From assembly GCA_950097015.1 (NCBI GenBank), contig CATNEN010000025.1:806001-870000 (forward strand): DNA of 64,000 bases, given 5' to 3'. Every line of letters begins with the position of its first letter. Position 1 is the first letter of the stretch. Under the pieces are notes generated by a model that made no database searches, was not told the origin of the DNA, and saw only the letters and a list, made by a program, of their open reading frames with translations. A program made the translations under genes and the position numbers. This stretch comes from Macrostomum hystrix (lineage: Eukaryota; Animalia; Platyhelminthes). This document shows positions 23,451-36,220 of the stretch, one piece after another.

Positions 23451-24282
23451 AAATCCGCCCGCTGTCGTTTCTTGAATCCTCTTTTTTTGGCACGCGAGGC
23501 ATTCGCAGCACTTGTGAGTTAGTCGAGCCAGAGTTAATTCTCGAACAGAAATCTATACAGTCGTGAAAGCAATATTTTTCGCATGAATTCTCACTGAGCC
23601 GAGATCACAGGCGAGCCGACAAAACTGCGGATCCTCATAGGGATTTCCGAGTCTTAGCTAGGCAAGTATGCACACAAAGTGGCATTCTTTGTTCCTCCCA
23701 TCAGCGGGTAACGTATTTAGCTGCGCCAACAGGCTAAACAGATTGGAGGAGTGGGGATCTGCGCTTTGAGGATGGGGAACGGGTTCTGCGCTTGGCGGCA
23801 AGCGAAGCGGCAAGGACCAGCTGCCAGTCTCCCAGTTGGATGGAGAGGGGCATCGCACGGGTGCCAAAGACAAAGAGAGAGAGGGCAGAGGAAAAATCAG
23901 ACACCGTGTCTGCCTCCCTACAAAAAATTGGGAATATTTCACTATGGGGATTAGGGGGGAAATAAAAAAGTATTTGCTTGGCCAGTCAGTTTTATAAAAG
24001 CGGGAAGCGACACCGGGGAGGCAACAGTTTTTCCGGTGGCACAGGGCGGCTTTAGGGATTCCATTCACGGTGGAGGTTAAGGGGATTTTTTTCCCTCCGA
24101 TGAGAGTTGAGAAAAAAGCTTGTTTCCGCAGATCGAATCGGAGAGAGAGAGGGGAGGGAACTGGATTTTTTTTCCAAAATCCCATAGACAATCGGGAGCA
24201 GGACATGATATTGGCGCCTTGGCCGTGTGGAAAATCAGATTTTTTTACAAATAATTCACCTTCGTGTTTTGTTTAACGGACA

Positions 24283-24700
24283 GTGTCTCATCTCTCCCGG
24301 GTGTCTCTCCCGGGTGTCTCTCCCGTGTCTCATCTCTCCCGGGTGTCTCTCCCGTGTCTCATCTCTCCCGGGTGTCTCATCTCTCCCGGGTCTCTCCCGT
24401 GTCTCATCTCTCCCGGGTCTCTCCCGTGTCTCTCCCGTGTCTCATTTCTCCCGGGTGTCTCATCTCTCCCGGGTGTCTCTCCCGGGTCTCATCTCTCCCG
24501 GGTCTCATCTCTCCCGGGTGTCTCTCGCGTGTCTCATCTCTCCCGGGTGTCTCATCTCTCCCGGGTGTCTCTCCCGTGTCTCATCTCTCTCGTGTCTTAT
24601 CTCTCGAGTGTATCTCATCTCGCCCGTGTCTCATCTCTCCCGGGTGTCTCTTCTCTCCCGTGTCTCATCTCACTTGTGTCTCATCTCTCCTGTGTATCAT
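24283..24700. repeat. Second array of the 16-bp family (GGTGTCTCATCTCTCCC variants)
   Basis: Same motif as 22755-23450. Confidence 0.9.
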
Positions 24701-25234
24701 AAAATCCCATAGACAATCGGTAGCAGGATATGATATTAACGCCTCGGCTGTGTAGAAAATAGTTTATTTCGTCAAATAATTCAGCTTCATGTTTTGTTTA
24801 ACGCACAGACGTGACACAGGATTAAAAAGCCCTAGGCTAGATAAATTTTTGAGTGTGCGTGCTTTTCCACTTTCTCTAGAAAGATTTCATCTAGGCACCA
24901 GTAAAACAGAAGACAGCCTTAATGAGAGCCGGTCAAGTCAAGTTTAGTCGAGTCCAGCCGCGATCGCTAATTGAAGGAGTGGCGGGTGTGGGGGGCACGG
25001 CTTTGGCGGAGCAACCGTGTGGAGAATGCAGAACATGTACATGTATTCTGTGTTATATAATACCGTATGCCAAGTCTTAATTATCGGCTCCGAGTCTAGT
25101 TCGCTGATTGGGCTACGAATTGTGACCCCTTGCCGATTCTCGAGTCTATGAATCTTGGCCGGTTCGATGAAATAATATGATTTGCTTAAATTAAACTGAA
25201 ATGTACAACTTGTTAATAATCTCATATAATTAAT

Positions 25235-25380
25235 TTAGCTAGGCCAGACCAGATGTACAGCCACAGCTATTGCGCAAGCACTTGAAATCGAAAATTGAGC
25301 ATCTTGCTCAATGACACTAATTGGTTCCCTTTTGAATGAGATTCGAACTCCCGACCACTCGTTTAGAGTGGTCCACTCGA
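25235..25380 (-). mobile_element. Composite of a SINE B 3' remnant and a separate tRNA-like fragment
   Basis: GCGCAATAGCTGTGGCTGTACATCTGG (B tail) and CCACTC-TAAAC-GAGTGG..GTTCGAATC (tRNA-like arm + B-box) on the - strand. Confidence 0.45.
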
Positions 25381-25495
25381 CAAGCCCCCAAGCCTTCTCT
25401 CCGCGGCTGCGCCCCAAATGAATGTGGCCTCGCTGCGGAATCGAGCTCAGGGACATTGGTGCGTGAGGCATAAGCGTTAACCGCTCTGCCACTCA
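25380..25495 (-). mobile_element. SINE family A, 5' half only
   Basis: Nearly identical to 14617-14730. Confidence 0.82.
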
Positions 25496-26300
25496 GAACT
25501 TAAGCAACTATGATATTTTGAACAGGCTACTTAAAGTAGAGTAAGTTGGTAGTTCATGCTTTTTGCACAAAAAAGAAACGGAAGGAAATTTTGAACTCGA
25601 AAAAGCGTTTCTCTTTATATAAAAAAGGAAAGAGAACATCCGATTGAATCTGAGCTAAGGAAAACTATTTTATTATCAAAATCTGGCACCCTTAACAAAC
25701 ACTTTCTAATAGATAAGTTGAGCTGATGTTGTGCAATGCAGTGCAATAACCGACACAAGTACCTGTAATTAGAGCTGGCAAAATGCCACATTAAGATAAA
25801 ACTAAGCCTTCCCACCAATAAATCGATTTCTTAATTGCATTATTGTCAGACAAGCACGTATCTATGCCCATTGTTTTCTTCTTATTAACGAAAAATACTA
25901 GAAAATAGCTTAGCGAAATGGCGAAATACAAATATATATCGGCAAATAAACAGAGAAGTCCACATGCCCTGTCAACAGAATGCTTTTGGGACAAATTTTA
26001 CAAGCAAGATAGAAGAATGTAGATATTACTCATTCATAACAGAGAGGCTTAATGTATGTGGTGACATTTCAGCTATAAGCAAAAAACATGGGAACAAAAA
26101 AGCGAACCTCTTTCGCAAGGACAACAAATGTTACGAGCGTAATCTTTCCTCAGTAGATCAGGATATGCATTTTGAAAAGGAAAACATTGGGAGACATTTT
26201 TTGGGATGGTGATTGATGTTGGGATCTGAATTGGTATTTAATTTAGGAATTAGCTTGTGATTCAGGTTGGGATTTGGAACTGAAGTTTTAGGCCAATTAG

Positions 26301-26606
26301 GGGGTGAGTGGCAGTGCGGTCTTACGCGTTTGCCTCGCCCCTCGCACCAAGGTCCCTGAGTTCGATTCCGTGGCGAGGCCACATTCATTTAGGGCGCAGT
26401 CGCGGAGAGAAGGCTTGGTGGCTTGTCGTGCAATTTACGCCCATGAGGGGCCAACCTCCAAGGCACAGTGAGAGTGTAAAATGCCAGATGTACACACCTG
26501 TGTGAGTGTGTGCTCAGGAGTCAGCAAAATGGGCAGAATTGCAGAATGGCTGCAGGACTAGTGTCACCAAATGATGTGCCATCGTCCACAGCCCTCGTGC
26601 GATTAC
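26301..26606 (+). mobile_element. SINE family A copy lacking the hairpin core
   Basis: Head with GAGTTCGATTCC; body collinear with 10383-10752 except for the deletion at ~26478. Confidence 0.85.
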
Positions 26607-27529
26607 AAGGATCATGATATTTATGAGGTAGTGATTTAATTTAGGGATTTGGATATAGGATTTTGTTTAGGATTGGAATTGGCATATGATTGTCAATAGT
26701 AACAGTATCAAGCAGATAACTTATTGGAAGAATTTTCGTGAATGACCCAGCTTACGCGTATAATAATCATCTTGCTTAATCCGAAACAAACAACAAAAAA
26801 ACAGAAATATGCTAGAAGAGCACATTTTCTTGAAGAGCAATATTGACAAACACAGCAGTGCTAATGATTGCGAGAAAAAGAGAAGTCAAACAATTCAAGC
26901 TACCTAGACAAAGACATGATAATTAAACAATAGATAAGCATTAAAATCGAAGTATAAAACCGATTGATTTCTATTGTAAATCGATGAACTCCTTATTGGC
27001 CCTAAACAAAACATTTAACTATTGTTTAAATTATTGCAGAAAGTTAACTAACAAAAAAAGCCTAAACTCGAGTCAAACAGCTTAACTTAGCTACGAGTAA
27101 TTAGTATTTTAGTACACCATGAACTAAGAAAGATAGAGTAAGATTAGATTAATGACATACTGGTCCCGCAAGCTTACAGGCGCTTTCAATTGCTGCAGAT
27201 TAAGGAATAGGAGAAAAAGAAGACAGTCTTTAAATTTGAAAGCACAAGGACACGTATGAATGCTCAACAATGGCTGTGCTAAAAAGTATTATTATAACAG
27301 AAGTGATTTTTTTAACTGTCTCCTCCATATATTTGAATTGGACGAATGCATATTACGAAGGCGATTAGGCGGTGATGCTTCCAGTGTTTCTAGGATAAAA
27401 CTCATCTATAGCTGCCTGCGGAGGGAGGGACAACAGATACAAACTTGAAGGGCATTAAACAATAAGTAAACTTAAAGTATTTCCAATCCATTTTGAGGGT
27501 TTGGTTCATGAAGTAAAAACTATTTGCAC

Positions 27530-27812
27530 TGCGCTAGCCTGTTAGACAGTGCGCTAACCTGTTAGACAGTGGAATAGCCTGTTAGACAGTGCGCTAGCCT
27601 GTTAGACAGTGGACTAACCTGTTAGACAGTGGACTAACCTGTTAGACAGTGCGCTAGCCTGTTAGACAGTGCGCTAGCCTGTTAGACAGTGGACTAACCT
27701 GTTAGACAGTGGACTAACCTGTTAGACACTGGACTAACCTGTTAGACAGTGCGCTAACCTGTTAGACAGTGCGCTAGCCTGTTAGACAGTGCGCTAGCCT
27801 GTTAGACAGTGC
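27530..27812. repeat. Minisatellite, 20 bp (CCTGTTAGACAGTGCGCTAG)
   Basis: Period 20; immediately downstream of the mitoferrin stop. Confidence 0.93.
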
Positions 27813-27855
27813 ATAAGCCATTGGTTCAATTTAAACTGAAACAATTGCAATACGA

Positions 27856-28155
27856 TTACCTGCTGTCTATCACGAGCGAATTAACCTGACTGCCAGCTGT
27901 AGCAGCGGCTGCTGTGCTAGTCGCCGAAGCCGTAGCTGTCGCCGTAGCCGTCGCCGCTGCCCGGCCGCTCAGATACCATTTGAAGCTCTCATAGACTAGC
28001 CAGGAGATGGCTGTGCCGGGCATCTGGAAGACGACTCGAGCCTGCATGCCTTTGAAATAGCCGGCGAAGCCGTCTAGCCGGTAGACGGTGAACAGTGCGG
28101 AGCCGATCGATGCAACAGGCCTGAGCCGGCCCACTGCTTGCAGTGCGCACTGCTC
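27856..28155 (-). CDS. mfrn: Mitoferrin coding exon 3
   Basis: Acceptor cattgtcag|GAG; EQCALQAVG...[10 protein letters not shown], then an Ala/Thr tail to TAA. A further 3' intron cannot be excluded. Confidence 0.88.
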   Translation of the reverse strand, partial: EQCALQAVGRLRPVASIGSALFTVYRLDGFAGYFKGMQARVVFQMPGTAISWLVYESFKWYLSGRAAATATATATASATSTAAAATAGSQVNSLVIDSR

Positions 28156-31100
28156 CTGACAATGGGGATTGCTTTACACTCGTGTAGGATCATCGGTACC
28201 GAGATCCCAAGGTTGCCGGGATCCAAGGCCTCAGGGAAAGGGTCCCAAGGTTTAAAGGGCGGGATACGAAGATTTCTGAATGCGGATTTCAAGATTTTGC
28301 GATCCGGATCCTAGGTTTCTTGAGCAGGAAGCAAAGGGATCGGATTCCAAGCTTTCGGTTTCGGGATCAGGATTTCTAGGGATCGGATTCCAAGCTTTCA
28401 GTTTCGGGATCAGGATTTCTAGGGATCGGATTCCAAGCTTTCAGTTTCGGGATCAGGATTTCTAGGGATCGGATTCCAAGCTTTCAGTTTCGGGATCAGG
28501 ATTTCTAGGGATCGGATTCCAAGCTTTCAGTTTCGGGATCAGGATTTCTAGGGATCGGATTCCAAGCTTTCGGTTTCGGGATCAGGATTTCTAGGGATCG
28601 GATTCCAAGCTTTCGGTTTCGGGATCAGGATTTCTAGGGATCGGATTCCAAGCTTTCAGTTTCGGGATCAGGATTTCTAGGGATCGGATTCCAAGCTTTC
28701 AGTTTCGGGATCAGGATTTCTAGGGATCGGATTCCAAGCTTTCGGTTTCGGGATCAGGATTTCTAGGGATCGGATTCCAAGCTTTCAGTTTCGGGATCAG
28801 GATTTCTAGGGATCGGATTCCAAGCTTTCAGTTTCGGGATCAGGATTTCTAGGGATCGGATTCCAAGCTTTCGGTTTCGGGATCAGGATTTCTAGGGATC
28901 GGATTCCAAGCTTTCGGTTTCGGGATCAGGATTTCTAGGGATCGGATTCCAAGCCTTTGGTTTCGTGATCAGGATGCCCAGGGATCGGGATCTTTATGTC
29001 TTCGGGAGTTTTGGGATATAGATATGCTGAGCTAACAAGAAAGACTAGACACAAATCTCACCTGAGTATTGAGCAGGGTCTTACAGACGTCCAACGGATT
29101 GGTGGATGCGGCAGCGCATGCGCCAGCAATGGCTCCGCTAACAACGTGCGTACTGGGCGCATAATTTCGCTGAGGATTGAGTGCGTCCTGAGCCAATTCG
29201 TAGGCATTGAAGTGCACAATGTGAAAGGGAATGTTCATCACCAGCTGGGTTGTATAAGCTCTATATAGAGCCGCGACGCCTTCGCTACGCAACACGGAAC
29301 GGAGGCAGTCCAGAGAATTGGCATAGGGAGAACGGTACACCTGAACTCGCTGCTTCACAGCTGCGGGTGAGATTGAGAGAGTGCGAATGGCGCGAAAAGA
29401 ATTCCTTTGTTTAGTAACATTTTTAATCTTTGTCTGAAGCTGAAAGACTATTGTTTGTTCAATAGACGCAAACCTGCTTGACTCTGTTAGAGAGTTCGCT
29501 AGCCTGTTAGACAGTGCGCTAGCCTGTTAGACAGTGCGCTAGCCTGTTAGACAGTGCGCTAGCCTGTTAGACAGTGCGCTAGCCTGTTAGACAGTTCGCT
29601 AGCCTGTTAGACAGTGCGCTAGCCTGTTAGACAGTGCGCTAGCCTGTTAGACAGTGGACTAACCTGTTAGACAGTTGACTAACCTGTTAGACAGTGGACT
29701 AACCTGTTAGACAGTGGACTAGCCTGTTAGACAGTTGACTAACCTGTTAGACAGTGGACTAGCCTGTTAGACAGTGGACTAACCTGTCATACAATGGGCT
29801 AACATTTAAGTGCCCTAACCTATTTAGGTATAGTGTGTTTAGCATGTTCTAAACTGCTTTTGATGTAGCTAATTGTGAATGACAGCAACATTGAAAGTCA
29901 GCAGTAGGCGCGTCAGTTTCTTTAATTTTTTTTAAATTCCGACAAAGCTACAAAGTACGAGATATATAGAACTGAGTCTAATCTGAGTATAACAACGGGC
30001 AGTGGCAATAGCAGTTGAATGAATACTCTTGCCTATCTCTCCGCACTGAATTAAAGTACCGATTACATGCTTATCTTTACACTCTACGCTCTACTTCACA
30101 GTCCACTTTACTGATATCTGTCTGAAATTATTGCAATTGAACAACTAACAAGCCATTCTCTCTTCTCTAACTTTTTTTAGTTCTGTATTTGCTACAACTT
30201 GTCTCGATAAGGACCGAAAAGTTTTTCTCTTACTCCTATTGGCTTAAAAACATTAAAAACATTTTAACAGTTTGCAACACTAGTACTCCCACAAAATAGA
30301 CAGCTACCATTCTTAGTAGACCGACCTACCAACTTAGTAGACTGAGCTACTATACTTAGTAGACTGAGCTACAATACTTAGTAGACTGAGCTACAATACT
30401 TAGTAGACTGAGCTACTATACTTAGTAGACTGAGCTACTATACTTAGTAGACTGAGCTACTATACTTAGTAGACTGAGCTACAATACTTAGTAGACTGAG
30501 CTACTATACTTAGTAGACTGAGCTACAATACTTAGTAGACTGAGCTACAATACTTAGTAGACTGAGCTAACATTCTCAGTAGACTGAGCTACCATTCTTA
30601 GTAGACCGATCAACCAACTTAGTAGACTGAGCTACTATTCTTAGTAGACCGATCTACCAACTTAGTAGACTGAGCTACTATACTTAGTAGACTGAGCTAC
30701 TATTCTTAGTAGACCGATCTACCAACTTAGTAGACTGAGCTACTATACTTAGTAGACTGAGCTAATATACTTAGTAGACTGAGCTAATATACTTAGTAGA
30801 CTGAGCTAATATACTTAGTAGACTGAGCTACCATACTTAGTAGACTGAGCTATTATACTTAGTAGACTGTATAATAGCTTAGTAGACTGAGCTAATATAC
30901 TTAGTAGACTGAGCTACTATACTTAGTAGACTGAGCTACTATACTTAGTAGACTGAGCTACTATACTTAGTAGACTGAGCTACCATACTTAGTAGACTGA
31001 GCTACCATACTTAGTAGACTGAGCTACCATACTTAGTAGACTGAGCTACCATACTTAGTAGACTGAATGCTATTTAAAATGCAAAGTTGAGAAAGCTAAA

Positions 31101-34100
31101 GTTTAAGAAATCTATATTTAGCATACTAGAAAGAATAATAAGCCAAATAAAAAGAACATTACTTTTCCCACCCTATTGCTTCATACTAGGATACAGGCAT
31201 CAATGTACTCAATAAGAACTAATTCTATTAAATCACATGATCCCTTTGTATTTGACTCTAGCGTCAATATAGTTATAAAGCAAATACTTTAAGAGCAGGT
31301 GGATTATCTTGTATAATCCCTTCAGTGCCAACTCAAGACTGACTGCAACTACCAAAAGCTTCCGAATCAACAGCTAGTACAGCGAACTGCAAACTCGACA
31401 TGTGGTAGAAATCAACTTTACGATTTCCATAATTTATGCCTAAGATCATAAGAGATTGTATGATCACCACTAGCTACCCACTGTCGTCTAGTAAATAGGT
31501 GCTATCTGCTCACAACCTACAGTCCTCTAATAGATAGCTGCTAGCTACTCACAACCCAAAGTCCTCTAGTAGACAGCTGCTAGCTACTCACAACCTACAG
31601 TCCTCTAATAGATAGCTGCTAGCTACTCACAACCTACAGTCCTCTAATAGATAGCTGCTAGCTACTCACAACCTACAGTCCTCTAGTAGACAGCTGCTAG
31701 CTGCTCACAACCTACAGTCCTCTAATAGATAGCTGCTAGCTACTCACAACCTACAGTCCTCTAATAGATAGCTGCTAGCTACTCACAACCTACAGTCCTC
31801 TAGTAGACAGCTGCTAGCTACTCACAACCTACAGTCCTCTAATAGATAGCTGCTAGCTACTCACAACCTACAGTCCTCTAATAGATAGCTGCTAGCTACT
31901 CACAACCTACAGTCCTCTAGTAGACAGCTGCTAGCTGCTCACAACCTACAGTCCTCTAGTAGACAGCTGCTAGCTACTTACAACCTACAGTCCTCTAGTA
32001 GACAGCTGCTAGCTACTTACAACCTACAGTCCTCTAGTAGACAGCTGCTAGCTACTCACAACCTACAGTCCTCTAATAGATAGCTGCTAGCTACTCACAA
32101 CCTACAGTCCTCTAATAGATAGCTGCTAGCTACTCACAACCTACAGTCCTCTAGTAGACAGCTGCTAGCTGCTCACAACCTACAGTCCTCTAGTAGACAG
32201 CTGCTAGCTACTTACAACCTACAGTCCTCTAGTAGACAGCTGCTAGCTACTCACAACCTACAGTCCTCTAATAGATAGCTGCTAGCTACTCACAACCTAC
32301 AGTCCTCTAATAGATAGCTGCTAGCTACTTACAACCTACAGTCCTCTAATAGATAGCTGCTAGCTACTTACAACCTACAGTCCTCTAGTAGACAGCTGCT
32401 AGCTACTTACAACCTACAGTCCTCTAATAGATAGCTGCTAGCTACTTACAACCTACAGTCCTCTAATAGATAGCTGCTAGCTACTTACAACCTACAGTCC
32501 TCTAATAGATAGCTGCTAGCTACTTACAACCTACAGTCCTCTAATAGATAGCTGCTAGCTACTCACAACCTACAGTCCTCTAATAGATAGCTGCTAGCTA
32601 CTTACAACCTACAGTCCTCTAGTAGACAGCTGCTAGCTGCTCACAACCTACAGTCCTCTAATAGATAGCTGCTAGCTACTCACAACCTACAGTCCTCTAA
32701 TAGATAGCTGCTAGCTACTTACAACCTACAGTCCTCTAATAGACAGCTGCTAGCTACTCACAACCTACAGTCCTCTAATAGATAGCTGCTAGCTACTCAC
32801 AACCTACAGTCCTCTAATAGATAGCTGCTAGCTACTTACAACCTACAGTCCTCTAATAGACAGCTGCTAGCTACTCACAACCTACAGTCCTCTAATAGAC
32901 AGCTGCTAGCTACTCACAACCTACAGTCCTCTAATAGACAGCTGCTAGCTACTCACAACCTACAGTCCTCTAATAGACAGCTGCTAGCTACTCACAACCT
33001 ACAGTCCTCTAATAGATAGCTGCTAGCTACTCACAACCTACAGTCCTCTAATAGATAGCTGCTAGCTACTCACAACCTACAGTCCTCTAATAGACAGCTG
33101 CTAGCTACTCACAACCTACAGTCCTCTAATAGATAGCTGCTAGCTACTCACAACCTACAGTCCTCTAATAGATAGCTGCTAGCTACTTACAACCTACAGT
33201 CCTCTAATAGATAGCTGCTAGCTACTCACCTACAGTCCTCTAATAGATAGCTGCTAGCTACTCACAACCTACAGTCCTCTAGTAGACAGCTGCTAGCTAC
33301 TCACAACCTACAGTCCTCTAGTAGACAGCTGCTAGCTACTCACAACCTACAGTCCTCTAATAGATAGCTGCTAGCTACTCACAACCTACAGTCCTCTAGT
33401 AGACAGCTGCTAGCTACTCACAACCTACAGTCCTCTAATAGATAGCTGCTAGCTACTCACAACCTACAGTCCTCTAATAGATAGCTGCTAGCTACTCACA
33501 ACCTACAGTCCTCTAGTAGACAGCTGCTAGCTACTCACAACCTACAGTCCTCTAATAGATAGCTGCTAGCTACTCACAACCTACAGTCCTCTAGTAGACA
33601 GCTGCTAGCTACTCACAACCTACAGTCCTCTAATAGATAGCTGCTAGCTACTCACAACCTACAGTCCTCTAATAGATAGCTGCTAGCTACTCACAACCTA
33701 CAGTCCTCTAATAGATAGCTGCTAGCTACTCACAACCTACAGTCCTCTAATAGATAGCTGCTAGCTACTCACAACCTACAGTCCTCTAATAGATAGCTGC
33801 TAGCTACTCACAACCTACAGTCCTCTAATAGATAGCTGCTAGCTACTCACAACCTACAGTCCTCTAATAGATAGCTGCTAGCTACTCACAACCTACAGTC
33901 CTCTAGTAGACAGCTGCTAGCTACTCACAACCTACAGTCCTCTAATAGATAGCTGCTAGCTACTCACCTACAGTCCTCTTGTGGATCATGGCTAGCTAGC
34001 TAATCACAAGTTAGAGCGGTCTAACGCGTTTGCCTCTCGCACCAAGGTCCCTGAGCTCGATTCCGCAACGAGTCCACATTTATTTGGACGCAGCCGCGGA

Positions 34101-34783
34101 GAGAAGGCTTGGGGCTTGTCGTGAAATTTACGCCATTTCAAGGCTAACCTCCAGAGAACAGCGAGTGTGCACTGCCTGACGATGACAAAGTCAGGGCATT
34201 TGTACCTGTGTGTATGTGCCTGTGTGCTCAGGTGTCAGCGAAAGGGGCAGAATTGTCTCCTCGCTCGCTGCGGGTCTAGTGTCACCAAATGGTCCTCTCT
34301 TTGTTAATTTTTTATCATGCCTCAGCAATAGATCGTTAGGAAAATATGTAAAACTGCAATGCCCAGAAACGCACCATCTGCTGGAGTCATGATAGCGTCG
34401 TGCAGGACAGTGGCACCAATGGCGCTCAAACCGTAGCTAATCTTATCGTTGAATCCGCGCCTAGCGCAGGCCATTTTCATCTGCTCGTATGCTGAGAAAT
34501 AGAGCGCGTGGGCTGGCCCGGCGCCAAACACAACGGCGCCAACTCCGCGCAGAGTCCTGCCAATACCCTCGGTGACAACTATTGTGCGCAGGCCGTCCAT
34601 TAAGCCATGATATCTGGCACCCTCCAATGGCCGCAGGCATTGCAGGCGGGTTTTCACACAGTCAACAGGATAAACTAGGGTGTGCTCCATAACACCAGCA
34701 CAAGCGCCTGCCACCATGTGCTGAGCAGCTGTACTCTGTTCGTGCAGCGATTCGTACTCATCTGGTTCAGAGGCTGAGCTCAT
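27856..34783 (-). CDS. mfrn: Mitoferrin (mitochondrial iron carrier, SLC25A28/SLC25A37 family); complement join(34783..34375,29360..29062,28155..27856), ~335 aa
   Basis: EYESL..., [101 protein letters not shown]: three Px[DE]xxK carrier signatures plus mitoferrin-typical residues. Splice phases match (1, 0); 1008 nt in total. Confidence 0.95.
28300..28990. repeat. Minisatellite, 43 bp (GATCGGATTCCAAGCTTTC[AG]GTTTCGGGATCAGGATTTCTAGG)
   Basis: GATCGG at 28381, 28424, 28467; fills most of mitoferrin intron 2. Confidence 0.94.
29062..29360 (-). CDS. mfrn: Mitoferrin coding exon 2
   Basis: Acceptor cacccgcag|CT; donor CAG|GTGAGA. Confidence 0.93.
29475..29790. repeat. Second array of the 20-bp family
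   Basis: Same unit and orientation as 27530-27812. Confidence 0.92.
30300..31068. repeat. Minisatellite, 22 bp (CTTAGTAGACTGAGCTACTATA)
   Basis: CTTAG at 30421, 30443. Confidence 0.94.
31475..33985. repeat. Minisatellite, 39 bp (TACTCACAACCTACAGTCCTCTA[AG]TAGA[TC]AGCTGCTAGC), ~64 copies
   Basis: TACTCAC at 31741, 31780. Confidence 0.96.
34010..34292 (+). mobile_element. SINE family A copy in mitoferrin intron 1
   Basis: Collinear homology with the other copies. Confidence 0.85.
34375..34783 (-). CDS. mfrn: Mitoferrin coding exon 1
   Basis: ATG of [13 protein letters not shown] at 34783, preceded by acceptor ttccag at 34799; donor GATG|GTGCGT. Confidence 0.93.
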
Positions 34784-36082
34784 ATTAGCTACTGCTGTCT
34801 GGAATCTAGGCTTAATGTGGATTGGAAACTGTAGTTTAGACAATTCTCAAAGTCGATTGTGTGTTTTTCAAAGCATCAATGACCTTTGGAGTTTGTTGAT
34901 GTAGCTGAAGGAATAATGAAATTTGCACATATTACACTTATCAGCATCATTAAGGTTAAGGCTAATAAGTATATTTTATATAATTTTATAAAATAGGAAA
35001 AATGAAGATAGTCCTATCCCAAAATAATAGCTTAAAAATGTACTTCAGAGGGAATTTCTTAGTAAAAGAGCTTTTCAGAGGTTCTAAATGCCAGGCAACA
35101 AAAAACAAATCAGTACTAAGCAGATGGGAGGGCATTTAAATATGCTCACAAATGTTTGGATTCTAATGGTGAATATAGAATCAAGGAAATTTCCTTGGTA
35201 TTTTCTAAGTATCTAGCCACTGAGATTTAAGTAAAGACTTGATAAAAAGGTTCTCCTAAAAATCCTTAGAATATTGACCATATTCTGTGGACTGTGGACA
35301 GTGTGCCATGGCAATTTTAAGGTGGGTGGATGGTTTATCATGGAATTTTTTTTAATCATAAGGTGGCATGGGAATCTTCAAATTTTTATCCTGGGGTGAC
35401 TTAGTACTAGTACTCGTTTTTTTCACCAGAAAAAGTTTTTTGCACCTAAGTTTTTTAGAGGTTTGAGTGCAAAGAATATTACCTTAAATAATACTAGCAA
35501 CTAACATGTCCAATCTATAATCATTAGCAAAGCAAAGGATAAATTATAAATAGGCCCTTAGTAAAGCAAGAAATAATAGGCCTACCAAATGTTAAAAATA
35601 TTAAAATTTATAATTGTAAAAATACTAAAATAACATAATAATATGTTATAGGCCTACTATAGCTTATGGGCTATATAAAACTTAATTAAAAAGTAATGTT
35701 GAAAAAATAAACTGTTATTCCGAATTTTTTAGCAAATATTAGGGGGCCTAGTGCAGAAAACTAACTGCCTAGCTGGACAGCTGGTAATAATATATAAATA
35801 AATGAAGACAAAGTTTAGGAATTGTTTTTAATTTAGCTTAGCTAAGCTATTAGCTCATTACTCAGAGGAAACTGCAGCTCAATTTAAAATGCAATTAAAC
35901 TTTAAGGCGAACCCAAAAGCTACTAATTAAAGTATAAGCATCAAGAAAAATTTGTAATAATATAATAGCGATGCAGTCTATGCAGTCTGATGTCGACAAA
36001 ATACTAAACATTTCGATATAACTACGGTCATGTCTATAGTTAAAGCTATGATAAGCCTAGCTTGCTATCTAATACAATAACA

Positions 36083-36220
36083 TGTGCGCAAGACTAGAAA
36101 TGAAAGAATGTCGTGACGTTGCGTTCCAATCTGATTGGACGCGGCTTTCCACTAAGCTTTATTGGCGGTGGAAGCTAGCTCGAGGCCAGATCAGCTCATA
36201 GGCTTCTCTTGTGAGTTTTA
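36083..36220. promoter_or_regulatory. Putative bidirectional core promoter for mitoferrin (-) and golgin (+)
   Basis: Only CpG-containing island in an otherwise very AT-rich 2.8-kb spacer: TGCGCA (~36085), TGACGT (36114), palindromic CCAATC-T-GATTGG (36126-36138), ATTGG (36161), possible donor GTGAGT at 36211. Confidence 0.5.

Noticed and set aside
6967-25225. Many low-complexity ORFs (KFGVW, RLEGRM, SLSHSIH, VSHLSR, KEGKEGD, SSTSS)
   Set aside because: Each coincides with a non-coding tandem array
19545-33985. CRISPR-like arrays (34-, 39- and 43-bp units with internal palindromes)
   Set aside because: No unique spacers between repeats, no cas genes, eukaryotic context
27530-34800. Iron-responsive element in mitoferrin (CAGTG words in the 20-bp repeat; CAGTAG near the ATG)
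   Set aside because: The CAGTG words are on the antisense strand and lack a 5-bp upper stem and C bulge; the 5' CAGTAG has only a 3-bp stem
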